Source of the DNA: an uncultured Candidatus Binatia bacterium
GTDB lineage: Bacteria; Desulfobacterota; Binatia; UBA9968; CAXXLF01
Direction: 5' to 3'
DNA length: 64,000 nt
NCBI GenBank assembly: GCA_965218425.1
Contig: OZ244621.1
Span: forward strand, 3,648,001 to 3,712,000
This document shows positions 50,224-58,860 of this stretch, one piece after another. The translations under genes and the position numbers were made by a program. Within the stretch, counting starts at the first letter, position 1. Each line of letters starts with the position of its first letter. Below the pieces are notes generated by a model. The model had not been told where the DNA came from, did no database searches, and was given only the letters and a program-made list of their open reading frames with translations.

Positions 50224-51252
50224 CTATTCTCCCGCCACCTGGCGCACCCGTTTGCCGAGCAGGTTAAGCGCGTTCTCCCGCTCGATCTTTCGTTTGAGCC
50301 CGGGAGAGACTCCCGATGCCTCCAACTCCGCCATGGCATAGGGGATGCCCCCTTGGGGTGGCGTGTAGGGATGGTCCCCACCCAGCATCACAACATGTTC
50401 ACCTGCCTCCGCGATGACCAGGGAGAGTGCATGCCGGTCCTGAGTGTGGGTATCGAGCCAGACATGGGACAGATAATCCCCCAGGGTTTTATTAATCCAG
50501 GAAGGCAACGGCACGCCTCTTTCCTCATGTAAGATTCTTGCCTGTTCACGGGAATAGTCCCAACGACCACAACAGAAGGGAGAGACGCCGCCCAGTTGGC
50601 AAAACATGAACCGGACGTCAGAGTATTTATCGAACACGCCATTCATGGCCAGGCGAAAGATGCACAGTGCGTCGTCCAAGAAAAAACCAAGACCGGTACG
50701 CAAGAACATGTTGTCCAAGCGCAGAGTATCGGCCCAAGATTGAGCCACTGAGCTCGGGTGCACGAGAACTGGGGCATCGTGGTGACGTGCCACATGATAA
50801 ATAGGTTCGAAAGCAGGATTATCCAGGCTGATGCCCTCATAACTGGCGTTCAGTCCAATGGCCACCATGGAGGGCAGGGAGAGAGAGCGATCCAATTGCG
50901 CAATGGCATCCTTGCCGCCAAAAGGGTCCACCACCGCAGCACCCAATAAAAATCCGTTGGTAGCGGATAGGTCTTCGGACATGGAGCGGTTGTATGCCTC
51001 CATATTTTCATTGAGGGAGCCTCTCAAACTCTTCAGGCCGCGGATGAGTTCGGTGGCATAGGGTAGAACAACGGCAATCTTCACGTTCGACTTCTGCATC
51101 AGATCACGATGAACAGAGAGGTCACGCCATGCCGGCCTGGAAGCCACCACACTGCGAAGCACGTTGTCCCCCGCGAGGATCTCCCTGAGGCGGTCGCCAA
51201 ATACCGACGGCATGTAATGAACATGACAGTCGATCAGCCCGTCCTCTGCCAT
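50224..51252 (-). CDS. Amidohydrolase 2 family protein (ACMSD-like)
   Basis: IDCHVH, LVHP, GGDHPY, ENA..LL; ATG 51252 after GGAGG. Confidence 0.88.
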   Translation of the reverse strand: MAEDGLIDCHVHYMPSVFGDRLREILAGDNVLRSVVASRPAWRDLSVHRDLMQKSNVKIAVVLPYATELIRGLKSLRGSLNENMEAYNRSMSEDLSATNGFLLGAAVVDPFGGKDAIAQLDRSLSLPSMVAIGLNASYEGISLDNPAFEPIYHVARHHDAPVLVHPSSVAQSWADTLRLDNMFLRTGLGFFLDDALCIFRLAMNGVFDKYSDVRFMFCQLGGVSPFCCGRWDYSREQARILHEERGVPLPSWINKTLGDYLSHVWLDTHTQDRHALSLVIAEAGEHVVMLGGDHPYTPPQGGIPYAMAELEASGVSPGLKRKIERENALNLLGKRVRQVAGE

Positions 51253-51340
51253 AATAACCTCCAAATGAATAATCGAACCGATGCAAGAACCTCTGAGATA
51301 GGAGTCGGTTCAAGTCATAAACATCTAGCGGCGCGCATCC

Positions 51341-51370
51341 CTGATATCATGGCGGAAAGAATTTTGTCAA
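51341..51370 (-). promoter_or_regulatory. Putative sigma70 promoter TTGACA-N18-TATCAG (TGn extended) for the amidohydrolase-ubiD operon
   Basis: Perfect -35 located 5 bp from the IS right end. Confidence 0.5.
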
Positions 51371-52418
51371 TTGCGTGTATTGGGCCACCACATATTGCAC
51401 TCTTGGGGTCTTTGCTCCATTAAAAACTGCACCGGCGACTTAAGGTTGAGCCCCCAGTGAGGCCGCTCGCCGTTATACCACAACAGCCACGGGATCAACT
51501 CGCGGTTAAAGGCTGCCGGCTTCACGAGCAGATCCTCATGATAATCGAGAAACTCTTCTTGAAGGGTACGGTTAAACCTCTCCACATGGACATTCATTTT
51601 TGGGCTCTTGGGATTAAGTATGCCAGTGGACCTTGTCCAGCCTCCTCAGTTCCCCATCGAAGTGCTTCATGAACTCAGAGCCATTGTCTGTGAGCACATA
51701 TTGAAGCGGATAGGGAAACACCTCGCTGAGCACCCTGTAGACTTCCCTGGCTGCCTCAGAGCCATGGCTGTGGCTCGCCCAGGCAAAACAGAACCGGGAG
51801 TAGACATCAGTGAAGGTGATCCCATACCTCATTAGCCCATCAAGGAACAACTCCACCCTATCGAAGGCCCCGCACTCACCAGGACCGCTCGCTCTAAAAC
51901 CCTGGGGGTCTCTTGCCCGCTTCGGCTTGTTGGTTACTCTACGACCGTTAGACCTTATCTTCATGGCAACCGTTCTCATCTTGTCCACAGCCCCAGCTAT
52001 GATCCGACCAATGCTCCTGGGCTTTGGACACCTCAGATCCTGCCTCTCACACCACGGCTTGAGCGATAAATAGATCTTCTCTTTGCTTAGATTGGGGTGC
52101 TCCGTCCTTATGCGGCCAATCTGTCCAAGCACCAACTGAGGCCAACTACGACTCCTACGCCTATGGGGAGCCTTGCTCTCCTCGTTTAATGCCTCCAGCT
52201 TCCCGCCCCCTTTCATCAGCTGCCCTCTCCAGTAATACAGGGTCCGCCTTTTCACTCCAAAGGCCTCTTCAGTTGCTTCCAACCCCATGCTTGGCCCACA
52301 AACTGAGCACCCGAGCCTTGTGCTTTGCCTTATTACTAACCCTAGTCTCCCAGCGTATGGCATAGTCAGCGAGTGTGGAAAAGCCCCAGATGCGGTAAGA
52401 GAAATCCCGGATCTGCAT
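51367..52418 (-). pseudogene. DDE transposase of IS copy 2 with the same two +1 frameshifts
   Basis: Same motifs as copy 1; CCCC at 52283-52286 and TTA at 51614-51616; the final stop TGA comes from the flanking TTGACA. Confidence 0.85.
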
Positions 52419-52465
52419 CCCAGCTCAACCACCCAGAGTGTGCAAGATGTTTCTGGCCTTATGCA
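51376..52465 (-). mobile_element. IS481-like insertion sequence, copy 2 (1090 bp, inverted relative to copy 1)
   Basis: Same IRs; about a dozen substitutions versus copy 1 seen by eye; no clear TSD (only GCG/GCG). Confidence 0.88.
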
Positions 52466-52682
52466 GCGAATGTATCGAAGTGGATTCCTAATCAAGTACG
52501 TTCACGACAATCCAGTGAAATAATCCTCGAAGTGTGGGCTGGCGCCAGTGCCTCGACCATCGGCTTAAAGAGAGGAATTGGATCATCCTATTGCTCAGAG
52601 TGCTAGTATCTGCAAAGCGGAGTAGGAAACTTGGATTGACAGATTTGTGCCGCACCGAATAGGGTCCCTTTGAGGAGGCGCA

Positions 52683-52883
52683 ATGGCGACTAATTTCAAT
52701 CCAACCCTCAAACGAGTCTTGCGAGAACTGCAGGCACTGAGAGCAAGGATAGACCAGCAAATCACTGTCATGCGACAAGTGATTCAGCTCACCGCATCTC
52801 TCAAAGCCAGAGTCAAAAAAAGACGAAGAAGACCTCTCGCCCAACCTCGGTGGGTTATGCGCGGGATCGTCAAAGCTTGTTAA
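52683..52883 (+). CDS. Small basic coiled-coil hypothetical protein (66 aa)
   Basis: Strong GAGGAGG RBS, amphipathic helix, KKRRRR tract. Confidence 0.55.
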   Translation: MATNFNPTLKRVLRELQALRARIDQQITVMRQVIQLTASLKARVKKRRRRPLAQPRWVMRGIVKAC

Positions 52884-53031
52884 GGCGTAAGGCCATCCAC
52901 AGCCCCGTTAGGGCCGAGATCGTTCGCTTGATATCACCCCTTGGAAAGATCCTGTCTTTTGTCGTTTCAGGACCTCGTGGTTCGCCATCACGGATAGGAA
53001 TTTGACCGCTGATTCAAAACGACCGTCCTGA

Positions 53032-53060
53032 AAAGTACGTTGCCTGAGGGGCTATGTCAA
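53032..53060 (-). promoter_or_regulatory. Putative sigma70 promoter TTGACA-N17-TACTTT with no downstream CDS
   Basis: Perfect -35 and 17-bp spacing. Confidence 0.45.
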
Positions 53061-53202
53061 CGGCCTACGAGATTTTCTTCCAAGTTTGAAATTTCCTGAA
53101 CAGGCGACTTCTACTTCTAAGAATTGCTACATTGGAATTGGGAAATGGGGAAGGTGTCGGATTCCAATGGGCGGGAATCTGTTGATCGGTAAAAGCAGGC
53201 TC

Positions 53203-54483
53203 CTACCGATTCAACGGTTGAGTATCTTTGCGGACTGGTCTGAGAAGGCGTAGAAACAACGTTGTAGTGAGTGTTAAAGAGATGACTGAGGTGAAAATCA
53301 GTCCTAAGGCCACGCCAAAGATGCTCGCGAAGGTTCCCATGACCATGGATCCAACTGAACGAAGGCCTTGATCCATTTGGAAAACACTGATGGCCCTACC
53401 CATCAATCCATATGGCACTTCGGTTTGAATCACTACCCGCGCCATGGTGCGGTAGCCCGCCTGTCCTGCCCCCACAAAAGCCAACAGGGCGACGGATAGC
53501 GGAAAGCTGCCGGACAGGCAAAACAGAATAAGAAACGCGGGTGGGATGGTGACCAGTATCCAGAGAAGGGTTTCCTTCCTGCTTTCCTCTGACAGGCTGG
53601 CAAGGAAGGTCAAGGAAAGGATGGCGCCGATTCCAGGCGCAGACATGAGTACGCCAAAGCCTCCAGGCCCTACGTTTAGGATTTCCTTTGCGAAGATCGG
53701 TAAAAATCTCTGATAGGTGGTCACGAAGACGCTGAGAATATAAGCTGCGCCAATGCTGCCTAGAATCACGGGCTGCTGCCAAATGTATTGAAACCCCTCT
53801 TTGACTTCTCGGAAGAATTGATTTCCACCGTGCCCCAACTCTTTTTTCGGAAGTCGGATCAACAAAAGTTCCAAGGCAGATATGACAAGGCTAACCGCGT
53901 GAACCAGAAAACATCCCCCAACTCCGATCCAGAGGATCAGCACTCCGCCTACGGAGGGACCCATGACTCGAGCAATATTGAAAGCGACGGAAAAAAGGGC
54001 CACTGCATTCATAATTTCCGCCTTGGGGACCAGCTCACGAATGAGGGATTGGGACGCGGACGGATTGATGCCCCTAATGGTTGAATGGATGATCTCCAAC
54101 GCCAGAATATGCCAGAACTCCAGGACACCCAAGAAGAACAGAGCCACCTGGACCAAGATGGGTATTGTTGTCACGAACTGAACCAGTATCAACAAGCGGA
54201 GGCGTTCGTATCGGTCAACCAGCACACCAAAAATTGGCGCAAGAATCAGGCGTGGAGTGGCCTCGCAAAGCCCCAAAACAGCCAGCGCGAGGGCGGAGCT
54301 GGTTATTTCATATACGTACCAGTAAAGTGCCACTTCGCGAATGAGGGCGCCCACCGAAGCAAGAATGTCACTGGACCAAAACAGAGCGTAATTCTTATGG
54401 AGGAGTGAACGAAAAGTGCGAATAGGGTAATTTCCCTTCGAGATAGCAGGTTAAAAGCTTTCCATGTGATCTTCGTCGGCCAT
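53203..54483 (-). pseudogene. MFS transporter with in-frame TAA at codon 11 (stop-free ORF 53203-54354)
   Basis: GGGGAG RBS, ATG 54483, MADEDHMESF*PAISKGNYPIRTFRSLLHKNYALFW, then MFS motifs G.LVDR..R and N.ARV.GP..GG. Confidence 0.7.
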
Positions 54484-54690
54484 GGGCAGGCTTCTCCCCC
54501 CGGACACTGGCTGTTGTATGATGCCAGAGGACACGAGTATAGCGGAACGGAAGAAAAAAGAGCAACCCGAAGGGTTGCTCGCTATGAAGTAGCCTGCAAA
54601 ATATTGCCCGCTTGCTAATATCGAGTTGTTTGCATAGGATCATTTCACCCGAGCCCCCTTGGGCATACACGGAATAGGAAGGAATGATGC

Positions 54691-55209
54691 ATGGCCGGTC
54701 CATCTGGGCCAGAACTTATTCTGGAAGGGCTGAAAGAAGCCGGCATTAACCTCATCGCTACGCTTCCCGACATCAACCTTCGGGAACTCCTTGGGTTAGT
54801 TGAATCCGAAGACGGTAGTCTGGTTCATGTTCCTCTATGTCGGGAAGAAGAAGGCATCGGCATCTGTGCCGGAGCCTACCTTGTGGGGAAGAAATGTGCC
54901 CTCATCATGCAAAATGGCGGGTTATTCAACAGCGTCAATGGTATCGTTTCAACTCTGCTACAGTATCAGATCCCTCTCCTGCTCCTAGTTTACTATGCGG
55001 GTGACCTGGGGGACCGCACTTTCAGCACAACGGGGGCGGCCACCGAGCCGGTTCTCAATGCTCTCGGTATCCGAAGCTACACTCTTAGAGAATCCCATGA
55101 GGCGAAAGACCTCATCCGTCGCACACAGATCTTGACCATGGACTATAAACGACCAGCGGCTATTCTCCTAACCAAGGATGTTCTCGGAAGAAGGCGGCCG
55201 GGAGAATAG
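54691..55209 (+). CDS. TPP-dependent sulfopyruvate/phosphonopyruvate decarboxylase alpha-like subunit (ComD-like)
   Basis: REEEGIGICAGAYL.G, MQNGGL.N. Confidence 0.85.
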   Translation: MAGPSGPELILEGLKEAGINLIATLPDINLRELLGLVESEDGSLVHVPLCREEEGIGICAGAYLVGKKCALIMQNGGLFNSVNGIVSTLLQYQIPLLLLVYYAGDLGDRTFSTTGAATEPVLNALGIRSYTLRESHEAKDLIRRTQILTMDYKRPAAILLTKDVLGRRRPGE

Positions 55210-55222
55210 AGGTTTCATTGCA

Positions 55223-55834
55223 ATGAAAAGGATTGATTGTCTGCGGGCATTGGCAGAAGTGGCGGGGGATGCTCTGGTGGTCACCAGTGCTGGGGCAAAC
55301 ACAGTGGAATGGAACGCCTGCAGGCCAAGCGATGGAAACATCCGCTGTCGCACCTTAGGTCTGACTTGTTCCATAGCCCTGGGCATCGCATTGGGGCTAC
55401 CCAAACGGAAGGTCATTGCACTGGATGGCGACGGGTCCCTACTCATGAATCTTTGCGCTCTACCCACTATCGCCCTCAAAAATCCGCCGAACCTGTTGCA
55501 CGTTGTTTTCGACAACGCGGCCTACGAGTCTTCTGGAGAGATGAGGACCTCCACTTCCTTCGGTACGGATTTGGTGGGAATGGCCAGGTCTGCAGGTTTC
55601 AAGAACGCCGTATCCGCTCAAACCGTTGAGGAGTTTAGAAAAGTAGCCACAGAGGCTCTGAATGCAAACGTGCTAACGTTGATAGGGGCCAAGATTGAGC
55701 TTGCCCGCGCCGAGGTTCCTCCGTATCCCATGGATGAGGTAGAAAACAAGTACCGCTTTATCCGCCATGTGGAAGAGACCGAGGGGGTTCAGATCCTCAA
55801 GATGCCTATGCCCGCAAGTTTTCAGAAGAGCTAA
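55223..55834 (+). CDS. TPP-binding decarboxylase beta-like subunit (ComE-like)
   Basis: TPP motif DGDGSLLMNL..FDN..YES. Confidence 0.85.
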   Translation: MKRIDCLRALAEVAGDALVVTSAGANTVEWNACRPSDGNIRCRTLGLTCSIALGIALGLPKRKVIALDGDGSLLMNLCALPTIALKNPPNLLHVVFDNAAYESSGEMRTSTSFGTDLVGMARSAGFKNAVSAQTVEEFRKVATEALNANVLTLIGAKIELARAEVPPYPMDEVENKYRFIRHVEETEGVQILKMPMPASFQKS

Positions 55835-55896
55835 CAAAAACCTTCTTGGAATTGTCCTGTTGAGCCTCTTTTCGTCAAGAATCCAGCAGCTAAATC

Positions 55897-56250
55897 CTAT
55901 CCCTCTTCCGGAGTAAAAATAAAATTTAGACCCAGCCATAGGCTTCTTGAGTATCGGAAAAAGAAGACGGGGAAAAGGGTTCCAAAGGCAAACCACAAGA
56001 CAAGTTGATGGCTAAGTATCATATCGGTGAAATAGTCGAGGACAAAGTACCCCGGTATTGCAACGGCCACTGTGGCTGCATAGTTGAGATAGATGGCCCC
56101 GACAAAAAATCCAGGCTCACGCTCGAACTTGAAGCGGCAACTAGGGCACTGAACGTGCATTTTGAACAGCCCCAGAAACAACGCGCCTGTTTTGCATTTA
56201 GGACATTTTAAACGGATAGCGGCAGATATGATTTGAAAGGTACGGCCCAA
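55897..56250 (-). CDS. DUF983-like zinc-ribbon membrane protein
   Basis: CPKC..G.LF, CPSC, EREPGFF.GA.Y.NY, two TMs; TTG start 1 nt after the ridA-like stop. Confidence 0.75.
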   Translation of the reverse strand: MGRTFQIISAAIRLKCPKCKTGALFLGLFKMHVQCPSCRFKFEREPGFFVGAIYLNYAATVAVAIPGYFVLDYFTDMILSHQLVLWFAFGTLFPVFFFRYSRSLWLGLNFIFTPEEG

Positions 56251-56251
56251 A

Positions 56252-56713
56252 CTATTCCCGAACCTGGACGATGATCTCCGTTTCCACTGGAGCATCGGCT
56301 CCGAGGGAGACAACTCCAAGGGCGGCTCGGGCATGTTGACCCCGTTCGCCCCACAACTGGACCAATAGGTCGGACTCACCATTGATCACCTGTGGCATCT
56401 GTTTGAAACCAGGTAGAACGGTAACGTAACCCGTAACTTTGACAATGCGCTCCACCTTGTCCAGATCTCCCACCGCATCCTTAATGATGGCCAGATGATT
56501 GAGTGCGCAGTCACGGGCGACCTCGTAGCCCTGCCCGAGGGTTACTGTGTCGCCAACGATGCCTGAATATTTTCGAACTCCATTGATACGACCGGTATTG
56601 CCTCCAATAAAGAGAAGGTTGCCGACTTTTACGTATGTAATGTAATTTGCCGCGGGCTTTGGCGGATTGGGTAATTCGAAGCCCAGGGAGTTCAGTTTTT
56701 TTTCTATTTCCAT
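56252..56713 (-). CDS. RidA/YjgF family protein
   Basis: P.P.ANY, V.RIVKV.GYV, NGESDL, G.HARAA.GV..L, PVE.E. Confidence 0.92.
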   Translation of the reverse strand: MEIEKKLNSLGFELPNPPKPAANYITYVKVGNLLFIGGNTGRINGVRKYSGIVGDTVTLGQGYEVARDCALNHLAIIKDAVGDLDKVERIVKVTGYVTVLPGFKQMPQVINGESDLLVQLWGERGQHARAALGVVSLGADAPVETEIIVQVRE

Positions 56714-56766
56714 ACTAGCTCCTGTTCAATGGACCCGTTGTAATACGAGAGAACCAGGACCAAGCT

Positions 56767-57060
56767 TCATCCGGCATTACCAAAGCCACCGACTCCAAGG
56801 ATCTGATGTATCTCCCACTCGTATAGGTCGAAGGTACAAAAACCACCCTCCGTGTAGGGGTCGCCGGCGGCGATTTTTTCGGCTTTTTCCCGAGACTCCG
56901 CCCGAATCACATAGATTCCTATCTTCCGATCCCTCGTAGGACCGGAGAGTAGTGTCGTTCCTGCCTCGTGTTGCCGTTTCATCCAGGCTAGATGTTGCTC
57001 CAAGGTTACGGTCCACTCCTCTCTCGGCCGAATGGATCGACGGTGAATCAGATACTACAT
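56767..57060 (-). pseudogene. YciI family protein with in-frame TAG at codon 2
   Basis: AGGAGAGG RBS, ATG TAG TAT.. = M*YLIHRRSIRPREEWTVTLEQHLAWMK; H.AW, LSGP, A..DPY motifs. Confidence 0.7.
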
Positions 57061-57207
57061 GGATCTATCCCCTCTCCTGGTAATAATCGCACTTTATGTC
57101 GCATACAATTTGATTTTTTGCACTACTAAGTCTCACGGGCACGTACGCTTCTATTCGATTGGAACATCCATGTCAACGGCTCCTGGACACGAGCATCTCT
57201 CTTCGAG

Positions 57208-57287
57208 GAGCGAACCTGTGGCCGCGGGCAATAGGCTAGTGAATCTCTGAAGCTGAACGTTCGATGCCCAAGGCTTTCCATCTCACC
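57208..57287. repeat. Copy B of the duplicated ~80-bp hairpin element
   Basis: 62/80 ungapped identity to 37151-37230. Confidence 0.7.
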
Positions 57288-57396
57288 GCCCTTTGGTGGA
57301 CTTCTAATTTTTGAGCGCAGGAAGCTTGACACTGGATTCAAATCCCTTATACAAGGACTGACCGTATTCGGCAGGCGCGCAAGGAAAGGTTGGGAG

Positions 57397-58860
57397 TTGC
57401 CCTATAGAGATTTAAGAGAATTCATTTTAGCTCTGGAAGAGATTGAAGAGCTTCGAGTGGTTCAGGGAGCGGACTGGAATCTGGAAATCGGGACTCTGGA
57501 CGAGCTCAACTATGAAAGGCTGGGTCCAGCCCTGTTGTTTGACGAGATCAAAGATTATCCCAAGGGCTATCGGATTTTGACCAATGCCATGGATCCTCTC
57601 CGCCGTGCTCTTCTAGCGGTGGACCTGCCCTTGGATCTGGATGTTGATACTGCCATTGAGCATTACGAAAGGAAGGTTTTCGGCCCCTACATGCCGAAAT
57701 CTCCCGTGGTGGTTAAATCGGGACCCATTCATGAAAATGTCTTTATGGGGGAAGAGATCGATCTGTGGAAATTTCCCACACCAAAATGGCACGGGGGGGA
57801 TGGGGGGCGTTACATCGGCACGGGATGCATGGTGATCATGAAAGATCCTGATACCGATGTCATCAGTTTTGGGTGCTATCGAGTCATGGTGAGCGGCAAG
57901 AGCACTGCGGGACTGTACATATCCCCTTCCCACACCGGTGCAACCGTTGAAAAGAAGTACTGGGAGAAAGGGCAGAGTTGTCCCGTGGCGGTTTCCATGG
58001 GGCAAGATCCGGTACTATTCTTAGGGGCCGGGCATTTTTTCGGTGAGAAGAGACAGGTCAACAAGTATGATTTGATGGGACAGATTCGCGGAGCGCCGGT
58101 GGAAGTGGTTCGAGAGGAGACCACGGGGCTGCCCATTCCTGCGACCTCAGAAATCGTCATTGCGGGGGAGATTCCTCCACCTGATGTGCAATCTGAAGAG
58201 GAGGGGCCATTCGGTGAATGGACCGGATATTTTACCTTGGGAAGTCGGCCGGAGCCGGTCATTCGAGTGAAAGCCCTGTATCATCGCAACGATCCGATTA
58301 TCCTTGGAATGCCACCCAAAAAATATCGACGCCCGACTCTTAACTATGGCCTTCCCACAAAGGCAAAGGCGGTCAAGGAACGCCTTCAAGGGATCGGAAT
58401 CGAGGAGGTCCTCGATGTTTGGCACCTGGCGATTCCAGGTTTCACGGTGGTTCAAATCCGGCAGCGGTATCCCGGCCACGCCATGAAGGCCGCCTTGGCC
58501 GCTTCGGGAGATTATATGGGCCGGTTTGTGGTAGTGGTGGACGAGGATATTAATCCTCGTGATCCTGAGGATGTACTGTGGGCCATTGGGACCCGGTGCG
58601 ATCCAGTGACTGCCTTAACCGTTCTTAAGGGTTGCACGTCCAGTGCGCTGGACCCCAGGATACCACCCCAGCGAAAAGAGAAAAGAGATTTTACCAGTTC
58701 GCGAGCCATCCTTGTCGCCTGTAAACCCTACCATTGGATGAAGGAATTTCCCAAGACAAACATTGCAGGGCCCCGACTGCGCAGAAAGGTTGTGGAGAAG
58801 TGGGGCCACCTGTTCCAATCGCAACGCGCGGCAAAAAGAGCCGGGCCAGGCGAGACCTAA
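57397..58860 (+). CDS. UbiD-family prFMN-dependent (de)carboxylase
   Basis: Y.DLREFI, DGGRYIGT, EGPFGEWTGY, VVVVDEDI, WA.GTRCDP. Confidence 0.92.
   Translation: MPYRDLREFILALEEIEELRVVQGADWNLEIGTLDELNYERLGPALLFDEIKDYPKGYRILTNAMDPLRRALLAVDLPLDLDVDTAIEHYERKVFGPYMPKSPVVVKSGPIHENVFMGEEIDLWKFPTPKWHGGDGGRYIGTGCMVIMKDPDTDVISFGCYRVMVSGKSTAGLYISPSHTGATVEKKYWEKGQSCPVAVSMGQDPVLFLGAGHFFGEKRQVNKYDLMGQIRGAPVEVVREETTGLPIPATSEIVIAGEIPPPDVQSEEEGPFGEWTGYFTLGSRPEPVIRVKALYHRNDPIILGMPPKKYRRPTLNYGLPTKAKAVKERLQGIGIEEVLDVWHLAIPGFTVVQIRQRYPGHAMKAALAASGDYMGRFVVVVDEDINPRDPEDVLWAIGTRCDPVTALTVLKGCTSSALDPRIPPQRKEKRDFTSSRAILVACKPYHWMKEFPKTNIAGPRLRRKVVEKWGHLFQSQRAAKRAGPGET

Noticed and set aside
42845..52471. A composite transposon that moved as one unit, or a past inversion between the IS copies
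   Set aside because: The outer flanks are not direct repeats, swapping flanks does not create matching TSDs, and copy 1 has its own near-perfect TSD.
52466..52475. Copy 2 flank (minus strand ATACATTCG) resembling the IS right end plus the copy 1 flank, like a circle junction
   Set aside because: Only 9 nt match, and similarity to the inverted repeat does not extend further.
56767..57060. Genome-wide stop-codon reassignment
   Set aside because: TAG, TAA and TGA all end clearly complete genes in the window; the interruptions use different codons, and only the TGA has a Sec context.
37048..57341. Small-peptide family (AYCPRPQ or CGRGQ) from the duplicated element
   Set aside because: Mismatches show no third-position bias, and starts and stops are not conserved between copies.
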